Assembly (NCBI GenBank): GCA_963977445.1
Contig: CAXBPH010000198.1
Location: 1-13,220, forward strand
Origin: an uncultured bacterium
Lineage (GTDB): Bacteria; Hydrogenedentota; Hydrogenedentia; Hydrogenedentales; JAEUWI01
Length of the DNA: 13,220 bases
Reading direction: 5' to 3'
Notes under the pieces: generated by a model
What the model saw: the letters and a program-made list of their open reading frames with translations, nothing else
Told to the model about the DNA's origin: nothing
Databases searched by the model: none
Part shown: positions 1 to 7,439 of the stretch, in pieces
Position numbering within the stretch: position 1 is the stretch's first letter
Layout: each line of letters begins with the position of its first letter
Made by a program: the position numbers and the translations under genes

Positions 1-1
1 C

Positions 2-226
2 GGCGCGTGGGTAGCGATGGCGGACACCGAAGGCCGCTTCGCGGACCTGGACCAGCTACCGATTCTACACACGACCGACGGCACGCACTTTCGGGTCTAT
101 GGCATCACCGACTGGCGTACGGACAACGAATGGGTCTACGGCGGGGATATCACGCTCTGGGAGAGCGCAGACGGTGGCAAGACCTGGAGCGAAGGAAGGA
201 TTTTGGCCACGGCTTTCAGGAGTTGA
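2..226 (+). CDS. 3' part of an Asp-box/BNR-repeat (sialidase-like beta-propeller) protein; 5'-truncated by the window edge and apparently frameshifted near 200-210
   Basis: The frame is open from base 2 (GAWVAMADTEG...). It contains the Asp-box motif WESADGGKTWS and GC-rich third positions, and stops at TGA 224-226 shortly after the motif. Confidence 0.7.
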   Translation, partial: GAWVAMADTEGRFADLDQLPILHTTDGTHFRVYGITDWRTDNEWVYGGDITLWESADGGKTWSEGRILATAFRS

Positions 227-396
227 ATAAGGTCATGGACTACGCCGGGGACGGCCCCCTCTTCATTGCCGGCGAACCCACGGGCGCGTGGCCGGAAGGC
301 TGGGAAAAGACCGACTTCACCCACTACGACAATCCGTCCCGCCGGGATAAGAAGCTGTATGCCTTCGATATCGATGGCGGGCTCGTTGGCGGTTGA
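205..396 (+). pseudogene. Out-of-frame C-terminal continuation of the Asp-box protein (GHGFQELNKVMDYAGDGPLFIAGEP...KLYAFDIDGGLVGG*)
   Basis: Protein-like sequence with G/C-ending codons switches from frame 2 to frame 1 at about 205. One extra G at 205-206 would join the frames (…GRILGHGFQELN…). Confidence 0.6.
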
Positions 397-521
397 AGGC
401 TGTGTAGCCGACCTTCGGTTGTGGGTTGTCGTCAAGGTCGTGGGGCGAATTGCGTCCCAATGCTGCTGGGACGGTGGGGGCAGGGCGTTGCGCCTGGGTG
501 AATAAACTGGCATTTAAAATA

Positions 522-700
522 AGGATCTTGGACATTCCTGTCCGAGGCAAGGAGGGCCTGCGTCTTGAAGTTCGCTTGTCGTTTTTAGTGGCCATTGCGT
601 TTCCAGTTTATGTCTTTTCGCCCACCGCGCTTGACGCAGATTTTTGGTGGCGTTTGCAGTTTTCGTGTGCTTTGCCTCGGACAGGAATGTCCAAGATCCT
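522..700. repeat. REP-doublet (REPIN-like) element: perfect 29-bp inverted repeat with a 121-bp spacer
   Basis: AGGATCTTGGACATTCCTGTCCGAGGCAA (522-550) is the exact reverse complement of TTGCCTCGGACAGGAATGTCCAAGATCCT (672-700). Each arm has an internal hairpin GGACA-N4-TGTCC. Confidence 0.8.
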
Positions 701-708
701 GTTGTTGG

Positions 709-761
709 TTGCTCCCGGCCGGGCGTGTGGGTATGATGCGGGACGAAGGAGAACTATCATG
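709..761 (+). promoter_or_regulatory. sigma70-type promoter plus RBS for the 759 gene (copy 1 of a duplicated cassette)
   Basis: TTGCTC (709-714), 17-bp spacer, TATGAT (732-737), AAGGAG (746-751), ATG at 759. The same boxes are conserved in copy 2 at 13102-13154. Confidence 0.65.
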
Positions 762-2144
762 TCTATGGGAATTTTGGGGTGTTCGTATTTAAGGTTGATG
801 GCGGCGATGGTCCTGTTGCTATCGGGCTCGCTTTTTGGGGCGGTGGCGGAGCCCATCGACGTTGGGAGTCGTCTGGAGCTCTTTGTTGACGATTACCTTA
901 TTGAAGGTATGGACAATGTGGCGTTGAAGCTCCACGAGCCCGTGCTGGCCGCGGCACCAACGGGGGATGTGGATGAATTGGAGTATGGGACGATCCTTAA
1001 AGATGGGGACGTCTATCGGCTTTACACCCGTGCGCGACACAACTCCCGGCTGGATGGCGATGAGGGAGAGTATACGCGCTATTTTGAGAGCACCGACGGG
1101 CGCGATTGGGTGGCGCCCGATCTGGGCTTGTTTACGGTGGAGGGGACGGATTGGAAGAACGTGATTCTCCATGAGCCTCCCTTGTGCCATAATTTCTCAC
1201 CCATGATCGATGCCCGACCGGGCGTGCCTGCCGAGGAACGTTTTAAGGCCCTGGGCGGTACGGGGAGCTTGGGGGGCGTGGGCTTGGTGGCTTTTGTTTC
1301 AGGGGATGGGATTCATTGGCGTAAGCTGGCACCCGAGCCCGTGATCCCGCCGACGGTGCCGTGGGAAAACGTCCACCTCTTTGACTCCCAGAATGTCGCG
1401 TTCTGGTCGGAATCGGAGGGGCGCTATGTGTGCTATTTCAGAAGCTACGACGGCCTGCGGAAGATAGCGCGGATTGAGTCGGAGGACTTCATCCATTGGA
1501 CGAACCCGAAAGAGTTGATGGTCAATTCAGAAGGGGAGCATCTTTATCCCTCCCAGACCCATCCTTATTTCCGTGCGCCCCATATTTACATCGCCATGCC
1601 GACGCGTTTCTATCCGGACCGGGGCGAATCGACGGATATCCTCTTCATGTCGACCCGGGGCGATGCCCTCTACAAGCGTCCCTTTCATGAGGCCTTCATT
1701 CGCCCTGGATTGGACCCGGCGCGGTGGGGCAACCGGTCGAATTATGCCGTGTTGAATACCGTACCCACGGGGCCTGCGGAGATGTCTATCTACACCACGC
1801 CCATGCGCCGCTTCACCTTGCGCACGGATGGATTTGTGTCGGTGCATGCGGGCGCAACGATGGGGGAGATGGTGACGAAGCCGCTGACGTTTTCCGGCAA
1901 GGAACTGGTGGTGAATTGCGCTACCAGTGGTGGCGGCAGTCTGGGTGTGGAGATTCAAGATGAAACGGGCACCGCGGTGGCTGGCTTTGGGCGAGATGAC
2001 AGCCTGCGCTTTGTGGGTGACGCCATCGAGACGGTGATAACCTGGACCGGCGGGAGCGACGTGTCCTCCTTGGCGGGTAAGGTAGTACGGCTGCGTTTTG
2101 AATTGGCCGACGCCGATCTCTACGCGATTCAGTTTCACGATTAG
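759..2144 (+). CDS. Secreted beta-propeller glycoside-hydrolase-like protein (GH32/GH43-fold-like hypothetical), 461 aa
   Basis: RBS AAGGAG precedes ATG 759. Signal-peptide-like LMAAMVLLLSGSLFGAVA is followed by IDVGSRLELFVDDYLI, repeated SxDGxxW/SxDFxxW blade motifs and a C-terminal beta-sandwich (DGFVSV...GKVVRLRFELADADLYAIQF). The ORF-track start at 426 runs through the inverted repeat and is unlikely. Confidence 0.8.
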   Translation: MSMGILGCSYLRLMAAMVLLLSGSLFGAVAEPIDVGSRLELFVDDYLIEGMDNVALKLHEPVLAAAPTGDVDELEYGTILKDGDVYRLYTRARHNSRLDGDEGEYTRYFESTDGRDWVAPDLGLFTVEGTDWKNVILHEPPLCHNFSPMIDARPGVPAEERFKALGGTGSLGGVGLVAFVSGDGIHWRKLAPEPVIPPTVPWENVHLFDSQNVAFWSESEGRYVCYFRSYDGLRKIARIESEDFIHWTNPKELMVNSEGEHLYPSQTHPYFRAPHIYIAMPTRFYPDRGESTDILFMSTRGDALYKRPFHEAFIRPGLDPARWGNRSNYAVLNTVPTGPAEMSIYTTPMRRFTLRTDGFVSVHAGATMGEMVTKPLTFSGKELVVNCATSGGGSLGVEIQDETGTAVAGFGRDDSLRFVGDAIETVITWTGGSDVSSLAGKVVRLRFELADADLYAIQFHD

Positions 2145-2200
2145 AGCTGCTATTGGTTAGTTCGCGCCGAAGAAATGGTGTTGGGCGGCGGGGTGGGCGG

Positions 2201-2241
2201 ACGAAAAATGAAGCGGATAGTCCGGGGACTATCCGCTTCGT
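2201..2241 (-). terminator. Intrinsic terminator of the leftward cytochrome operon (between convergent genes)
   Basis: Perfect inverted repeat GAAGCGGATAGTCC/GGACTATCCGCTTC (2210-2239), followed on the - strand by ATTTTTCGT; 35 bp past the stop at 2275. Confidence 0.8.
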
Positions 2242-2274
2242 GATTACTGGGCGTGTTGGCTCTTGTCGGGCCTA

Positions 2275-2874
2275 TTATTTTTTCGCCTTGGTGGGGTTGG
2301 GGTGGGCGATGATGGCCTTGGCCTGTTCGAAGTCGAAGCCTACTTTGGAGCCGTCCTCCTTGGTGAACTGTTCGGTGTTCCAGGTGGGGCTTTCTTCGTT
2401 GTGGCACTTGCGACAGGTTTCTTCTTCAACCGCCATGAGGTGGGCGGTCCAGTCGATTTCGTCGGCAGTTTTCTTCTTGAACATGACATCCCGACCGTCG
2501 GCGAGGTGGTTGGAACCTGGACCATGGCAGGTCTCGCATTGGACGCTGTCTTCGGCCTTGATCTTTTTGGGGATGGATTCAGTGGCGAGGTCGTAGCCTG
2601 TCACGTGGCATTTCACGCATTCGGGTGCTTCGTGGGGAGGCACGGTAAGACCCCGTTCGGTGGCGATTTTTTTGGCCGCGTCACTTTGCAGGGCTTCGAA
2701 GGCGTGGGCGTGTTTCATATCTTTCCACACCGTCCATTGGGCCCCTTCGGGCTTTTTATTGTGACAGACCTTACATTGGTCCTGACCGATGTATTCGGCA
2801 TCCTGGGCAGGGGCAAAGCCGACGACCAAGGTCAATGTAAGGGTGGCGATGAGGTGCTTGTGTATCGTACGCAT
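2275..2874 (-). CDS. Periplasmic tetraheme cytochrome c, c554-like family, 199 aa
   Basis: GAAGGAG RBS before ATG 2874; Sec signal (MRTIHKHLIATLTLTLVVGFAPA); four CxxCH (CKVCH, CVKCH, CETCH, CRKCH); family-typical YIGxxxCxxCH, W...HAHAFEAL and VQCExCHGPGS. Confidence 0.9.
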   Translation of the reverse strand: MRTIHKHLIATLTLTLVVGFAPAQDAEYIGQDQCKVCHNKKPEGAQWTVWKDMKHAHAFEALQSDAAKKIATERGLTVPPHEAPECVKCHVTGYDLATESIPKKIKAEDSVQCETCHGPGSNHLADGRDVMFKKKTADEIDWTAHLMAVEEETCRKCHNEESPTWNTEQFTKEDGSKVGFDFEQAKAIIAHPNPTKAKK

Positions 2875-2951
2875 GGCATTCTCCTTCATGTTATCCGACG
2901 TCGCGACCATCCCGGTCACACACGAACCGTGGTTGGGCGAGTCGATTTTCG

Positions 2952-4025
2952 TTATTCATGGCAGACCCTGCAGCTGACCGAGTTGTTGGTAAGGTGCGGG
3001 GCCTTATGAGGTAGCCCGCCGGGGTGGCATTCCGCGCAATTGGCGGGATAGATGCCCAGCGCGTGGGGGGAGCGGCCCGACTTCCGGTGTTCGATGTTTT
3101 CGTGGCAAACGGTGCACGAGGTTTCCTGGGGCGGGAAGTGGCAGGAGACGCAATGCCTGTTGGCCGCGCCACTGAAGCCGGCCCGGTGGGATTGGGGCTC
3201 GGTTTTCTCGTGGCACTTTATGCAGGCGTCTTCCTCGTGACATACCGCGCAACTCTGCTGATCGATCATGGCGCGGAGTCCGTGGGGCTTCTTTCGCCAG
3301 GCCACGGTGTGGTTTTGCGGCTTTTCACGGCGGTGGCAGTCGTCACAGGAGGCAACGGTGTCGTGGCAGGTGGCGCAATACTGGGGGTCAAATTGGGCTT
3401 CATTGCCGTGGACTTTGGTCCATATTTCGGGCGAGTCGTGGGCGATTCGCGCACCCGCCCGAAACTTTGGCCGTGTCTCTGCGGTGATTTCACTGTGGCA
3501 TACGGTGCAATCGTTTGCGGCGAAGTGGGCGTTGGGTTCTCCCGATTCGAGGAGGGGGGCTTCGGCGTCGCTGTGACAATCCATACACCAGGGCATGAGG
3601 GGCCCCTTGGGTAAATCGGGGATCTCGCCCGGGGTCTTGTGGCATTCCATACAGTCAATGGATGCATCGATGTGGGGCGTGTGGCCAAAAATGGTTTCTA
3701 CGCTCATCCGCTTGATAAGGGGTGATATCGACAGGTCTTTTCGGGTGTGGCAAAACATGCAGGAGGATTTGTCTTTCGCTTCCTCGTCGATTTCGTGGCA
3801 GATGCTGCAGAGGTCATGGCCCGGCATGACGTGGCCCCCGTCTTCCCAGGCGTGGCACGTGGCACAATCGAGGGATTGCTCGATGTGGGCCTTGTGTCCC
3901 GATTTAAGGCCACGATCGGGTGTCGTCTGGCCATGGCCAAAGAACCCGCTACTGGACACGGTGGCGAGGCTGACAAAAATGACGGTTGCCAGGGCAGTCC
4001 ATTGGTATCCCGGCCTGCGGAACAT
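2952..4025 (-). CDS. 14-heme periplasmic c-type cytochrome (c3/c7-like modules), 357 aa
   Basis: AAAGGAG RBS before ATG 4025 (an alternative ATG at 4043 overlaps the porin stop); hydrophobic signal; 14 CxxCH counted; no lipobox Cys. Confidence 0.9.
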   Translation of the reverse strand: MFRRPGYQWTALATVIFVSLATVSSSGFFGHGQTTPDRGLKSGHKAHIEQSLDCATCHAWEDGGHVMPGHDLCSICHEIDEEAKDKSSCMFCHTRKDLSISPLIKRMSVETIFGHTPHIDASIDCMECHKTPGEIPDLPKGPLMPWCMDCHSDAEAPLLESGEPNAHFAANDCTVCHSEITAETRPKFRAGARIAHDSPEIWTKVHGNEAQFDPQYCATCHDTVASCDDCHRREKPQNHTVAWRKKPHGLRAMIDQQSCAVCHEEDACIKCHEKTEPQSHRAGFSGAANRHCVSCHFPPQETSCTVCHENIEHRKSGRSPHALGIYPANCAECHPGGLPHKAPHLTNNSVSCRVCHE

Positions 4026-4042
4026 GTTCACTCCTTTACGCA

Positions 4043-5770
4043 TCAGAAACGCAACCGATAGCCCATCCGAGCGCGCCAGTAGGGCGAGTCGGGACTATCG
4101 TCTTCTTCGAATGAAAATTTGCCATAAATTTCCTGGTCTTCACGGAAGGTCCACGAAAGATCGGTAAAGAGGCGGTATACATTCTCGCGGGTATCAACTA
4201 CCCGCGTGGCATTCGCCTGGGTCAGGTAGGAAAAGCCCGGATATACATTGGGCAGGAGGGCAACGACGGTCGCATCAAAGAGGGCGTAGGCTTGGTCGTA
4301 TTCCACGAGGCGGTCCTTATAGCGCACGAAGTCGACCCCGGTACGCCAGTCCACCTGTTTCCAGGATTTACTGATTTCCCCGGTAAGGGTCCAGGTGCCT
4401 TCGCCGTTCGATACATTCCAATACTCCACCGAGGTAGACAGGTCGAAGCCCTTGTAGAAATCTTCCACGTAGAGTACGGTGCCCACCCGCTGGTAGTCGC
4501 GGTTGCCCGAGTAAAAGTCGTCATTTTTCCCGTTGCGCAGTTCCCCTTCGAGGGAGAGCGTGATTTTCTTCGTGATGGGGCGGTGGAGTCCCAGATAGAG
4601 GGTCTGCTGTTCACGATATTGGCCCAGCACCTGATAGAAGGGGGAGAGATCGGCGGTGGTGTCGCCTACCGTGTTGAAGAGCTGGCGGTAATCAATGTCG
4701 TAGAGGAGGTCGAGACGGGGGATATAGCCGTTGAGACTCAGGGTAAGCTCGTCGAGGTTGCTGCCAAGCATGCCGATTCGGGCGAAGGCCCGGGTGTTGG
4801 GGCCGAAATTGTGCCAGAAGCTCAGGGTTACTTTGCTATCGTTGATTTCATCGGCGATGGGGCGGCTATACCCACGGAGGAGGCTCGTCCGACGTTTTGA
4901 GACGCCGTAACGACTTTCTTCGGCGTAGTAGGTGTCCAGGGCGATTCGGGTTTTGTTGGTGGGCACATAGGCGGCACCCCCACCGACGACCAAATCACTG
5001 CTGGTATCGCGATAGACCGATGCCCGGGCACCGGCGAAGGCATACCATTCGAATTGGTTGAGCCGCTTCTTGATATAGAGGCCATCAATGCGATTGTAGG
5101 CCGCCCCTTCCTGGATGCGCTGCCGTCCAATGCGGATGACCGAGTTGTCGCCCAACACATCATCAACATCCGCATAGAGATAGAGGAGTCGTGCCTGCAC
5201 ATCGGAGCTGGACGCGTCGTTGATGTCCCGTAGGACGCTGGATTTATTGCTATCGTCGCTCAGGTCCTGGTGGAGCCAGAGGGAGGCCCGAAGGTGCAGC
5301 CGGGGATACTTGGGTGGGTCCACATCAAGGCGGAGGTACTGGCTCACATCGAAATCGCTGTCACGGCGGGAATACACGCTATCGAATTCGGTTTCGAAGG
5401 AGCCGCGATACCAGGGCGCAGAAGGTTTAGCAGCAGGCGCTTCAGCTTCCAGTGCTTCAGGGGATTCGGCAGTGGGCTCATCGGCTCCCGCTTCGCTCGG
5501 GGCCTCAGCGGCTTCGACCGGCGTTGGTTCTTCCGTCGCTGCGGCTGCAGGGGCTTCAGCGGCGACGTCGGTCGCTTCGGAGACTATCGTTGCGTCTTGT
5601 GCGGGCGGGCTCTCCTGAGACCGGGCATCCATAGATAAGACAAATCCGGTCAGCAGCATTACGCGTGGGAGCCAGCATTGATAGCGGGCTGTTATGTTGC
5701 GCCAGGAAGCCAAGGTCGTGGAACTTTCCATCGTGGGATGTTCTCGATTGGTCATCCGCGTAAACATCAT
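4043..5770 (-). CDS. Outer-membrane beta-barrel protein, putative porin of a porin-cytochrome conduit (~575 aa; start uncertain)
   Basis: Alternating amphipathic, aromatic-rich strands; C-terminal beta-signal WRARMGYRLRF ending in Phe; RIGRQ motif; acidic Ala/Glu/Pro N-terminal linker; lies between two multiheme cytochromes with TGATG stop/start overlaps at 5770 and 4043. Confidence 0.82.
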   Translation of the reverse strand: MMFTRMTNREHPTMESSTTLASWRNITARYQCWLPRVMLLTGFVLSMDARSQESPPAQDATIVSEATDVAAEAPAAAATEEPTPVEAAEAPSEAGADEPTAESPEALEAEAPAAKPSAPWYRGSFETEFDSVYSRRDSDFDVSQYLRLDVDPPKYPRLHLRASLWLHQDLSDDSNKSSVLRDINDASSSDVQARLLYLYADVDDVLGDNSVIRIGRQRIQEGAAYNRIDGLYIKKRLNQFEWYAFAGARASVYRDTSSDLVVGGGAAYVPTNKTRIALDTYYAEESRYGVSKRRTSLLRGYSRPIADEINDSKVTLSFWHNFGPNTRAFARIGMLGSNLDELTLSLNGYIPRLDLLYDIDYRQLFNTVGDTTADLSPFYQVLGQYREQQTLYLGLHRPITKKITLSLEGELRNGKNDDFYSGNRDYQRVGTVLYVEDFYKGFDLSTSVEYWNVSNGEGTWTLTGEISKSWKQVDWRTGVDFVRYKDRLVEYDQAYALFDATVVALLPNVYPGFSYLTQANATRVVDTRENVYRLFTDLSWTFREDQEIYGKFSFEEDDSPDSPYWRARMGYRLRF

Positions 5771-6813
5771 CAAGGCCGTGCCCCGATGATTTCGTAGATA
5801 GTTTGTAATGCTTCGTTGTTTTGCAGATCACGTTCGTCGTGTATAGCACCCGAATTGGGCGTGCCCCCATCGTGACATCCGGTCACACCGGCACAGGAAT
5901 TGGGTGGCGCGGGCTCTTCCCCAAGCGCCACGGCGTCATTGGTGGCCAGGGGCGGAATCGTAAACAAGGTGTGGTCATGGGCGCGGATGGATCCATCCAT
6001 GGCCAGTTTGGGGGGGAGGTGACACCCGGTACAGCGACTCGCACCCGTACCAGTGGGGTCGACAGGGTGCATGGGACCCGTGTGGAAGTCTACGTCGTCG
6101 TCGGTCTCAAACCCGAGATTGAAACTCTGGTGACATTGAAGACAAAGGCGATTGTCCTTGGGCTCGGCCCGGAACATGCCCTTCTTGTGCATGTCGTGGC
6201 AGCTCGAACAGGTTGCCACGTTCTGGGTAGCGTGGCCGCTGAGGAAAAACTCGTCCACTTGCCCTTCATGGCATTTACCACACAAGAGCCCGTAATTCTC
6301 ATTGCTGAACCGGGAGGGTGACGAACTGCTGATGGTCATGCCGCCCATTTTGTGCACATCGTGGCAGTCGGTGCAGGTGGCGGCACCGCTAGCGAAGTGG
6401 TTGGTGGCCAGGAAACCCTGAGCGGTCCCGCCGTCGGGCGCGGTCATGTCGGCGTGACACTCCGTACAGGCGGTGTGGCGTTTATCGAAGGGGTAACGAT
6501 TGGGGTTGTCGATAAAAAGTCCGGTTCGTCCCCCTTGCTGCACGTGGGCCAGGCCCGGACCATGGCAGGATTCGCAGGAAATGGATTGATGGGGGCTCAT
6601 TCGGTATTCCTGTCGATCAGACGCACTGCGGCCGTCGTGACAGGCGAGACAGGTCGTCGTGCCTACTTCACCGGGGCCCGGGCCGGTCGACTCACAACTG
6701 TCCATGCCCAGACTCATGCCGGTGACGGCAAGAACGACCAAGTACAGCATACTTGATTGGAGGGCGGGGCGGGTGGCCCGGCTTGCGCCACATTGTCTGA
6801 TCAGAGACCCCAT
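5770..6813 (-). CDS. Multiheme c-type cytochrome, probable lipoprotein (8 CxxCH plus one CX5CH), ~347 aa
   Basis: Motifs CLACH, CESCH, CTECH, CTDCH, CGKCH, CSSCH, CLQCH, CTGCH and CAGVTGCH. Hydrophobic stretch LYLVVLAVTGMSLGMDSC ends in Cys followed by a G/P/S/T linker. GGAG lies upstream of ATG 6813 (alternative GTG start 6834). Confidence 0.88.
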   Translation of the reverse strand: MGSLIRQCGASRATRPALQSSMLYLVVLAVTGMSLGMDSCESTGPGPGEVGTTTCLACHDGRSASDRQEYRMSPHQSISCESCHGPGLAHVQQGGRTGLFIDNPNRYPFDKRHTACTECHADMTAPDGGTAQGFLATNHFASGAATCTDCHDVHKMGGMTISSSSPSRFSNENYGLLCGKCHEGQVDEFFLSGHATQNVATCSSCHDMHKKGMFRAEPKDNRLCLQCHQSFNLGFETDDDVDFHTGPMHPVDPTGTGASRCTGCHLPPKLAMDGSIRAHDHTLFTIPPLATNDAVALGEEPAPPNSCAGVTGCHDGGTPNSGAIHDERDLQNNEALQTIYEIIGARP

Positions 6814-6930
6814 GATGTGTTTTATTTCTCCCACGTCATCGTTTACCGGAATTCTTTGCGAGCGTTAGGCTACCCTGTGCCGCGTGACAGGTGGGTAAGC
6901 TGGTGGTACGAAGGCACTCGAAGATATATA

Positions 6931-6947
6931 AGCAAACATCCTGCCAA
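6931..6947 (-). promoter_or_regulatory. sigma54 (-24/-12) promoter of the leftward porin-cytochrome operon
   Basis: The - strand reads TTGGCAGGATGTTTGCT versus consensus YTGGCACG-N4-TTGCW: one mismatch, exact GG-N10-GC spacing, about 120 bp upstream of the start. Confidence 0.7.
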
Positions 6948-6980
6948 GTTATCGTGTACTAAGGAATTGGGTGTTTCCTC

Positions 6981-7009
6981 AAGGTATCACGACGTCGCGC
7001 GCCTGTCAA
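6981..7009 (-). promoter_or_regulatory. Candidate sigma70 promoter, leftward
   Basis: On the - strand: TTGACA, 17-bp spacer ending in TGA (extended -10 TGn), then TACCTT. Confidence 0.45.
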
Positions 7010-7032
7010 TTGTTGATATGGTCTGCCCCAGA

Positions 7033-7052
7033 AGTGTACTGAATTGAACACT
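7033..7052. promoter_or_regulatory. Candidate enhancer (UAS) for a sigma54 activator
   Basis: AGTGT-ACTGAATTGA-ACACT, a TGT-N10-ACA palindrome with 5-bp arms, located between the two -24/-12 promoters. Confidence 0.4.
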
Positions 7053-7267
7053 ATTGTCTTTTTTGTGTTGGGCAAATGTGTGCTAGTGTAGTTGTGTTAT
7101 GCGGGTGTTAATTGGGCTATACATATGGTTGTTTTTGTTGCCAGCCTGTCGAACTCAAGGCAGAATTCCATGAATCGGTTGTTTTTTCAGGGGTGTAGAG
7201 GAGACGTCCGTTGGATTGGGGCTGCGTTGTCTTCCTTACACACATAGGGAAGTCGGATAGGGCGTTC

Positions 7268-7284
7268 TTGGCACGGAATCCGCA
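7268..7284 (+). promoter_or_regulatory. sigma54 (-24/-12) promoter of the rightward mtrC/imcH-like operon
   Basis: TTGGCACGGAATCCGCA: perfect -24 box TTGGCACG, GG-N10-GC spacing, degenerate -12 (CCGCA); about 155 bp upstream of ATG 7440. Confidence 0.55.
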
Positions 7285-7439
7285 TGCACAGCAACAGGTC
7301 GATTGCATCTCATTATGCAGTGCCCGTTAATCAAGGGAGTAGGGCAGTCGTCATCGAGAATTGAAACGAGAGACTTGTGGAAAGGTGGTTGCGGTAACTT
7401 GAGACCGGAGCCCCGCGACATCGAAGGGAGAAGGTTGTC

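Noticed and set aside
426..758. N-terminal extension of the 572-aa ORF
   Set aside because: It runs through the inverted repeat and promoter; the RBS and signal peptide point to ATG 759.
4011..4025. Twin-arginine-like MFRRP at the start of the 14-heme protein
   Set aside because: It lacks the RRxFLK consensus, and c-type cytochromes are normally Sec-exported before heme attachment.
5770..6813. Calling this gene mtrA/dmsE and the barrel mtrB
   Set aside because: It has 8(+1) rather than 10 hemes, a probable lipoprotein signal and a different C-terminal half; the barrel is shorter and lacks MtrB hallmarks.
2153..6868. Many + strand ORFs (e.g. 2263-3009, 3024-3614, 3595-4167, 4292-4900, 5821-6321)
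   Set aside because: They are antisense shadows of well-supported - strand genes in GC-rich DNA and carry no recognisable motifs.
7004..7026. FNR/CRP box near TTGAT at 7013
   Set aside because: The second half-site ATCAA is absent at the required spacing.
7285..7439. Cyclic-dinucleotide (GEMM) riboswitch in the leader, as found before Geobacter cytochrome genes
   Set aside because: Only short hairpins (TGCAT/ATGCA, TGCCC/GGGCA) are visible and I could not match the GEMM consensus. An Infernal/Rfam scan would settle it.
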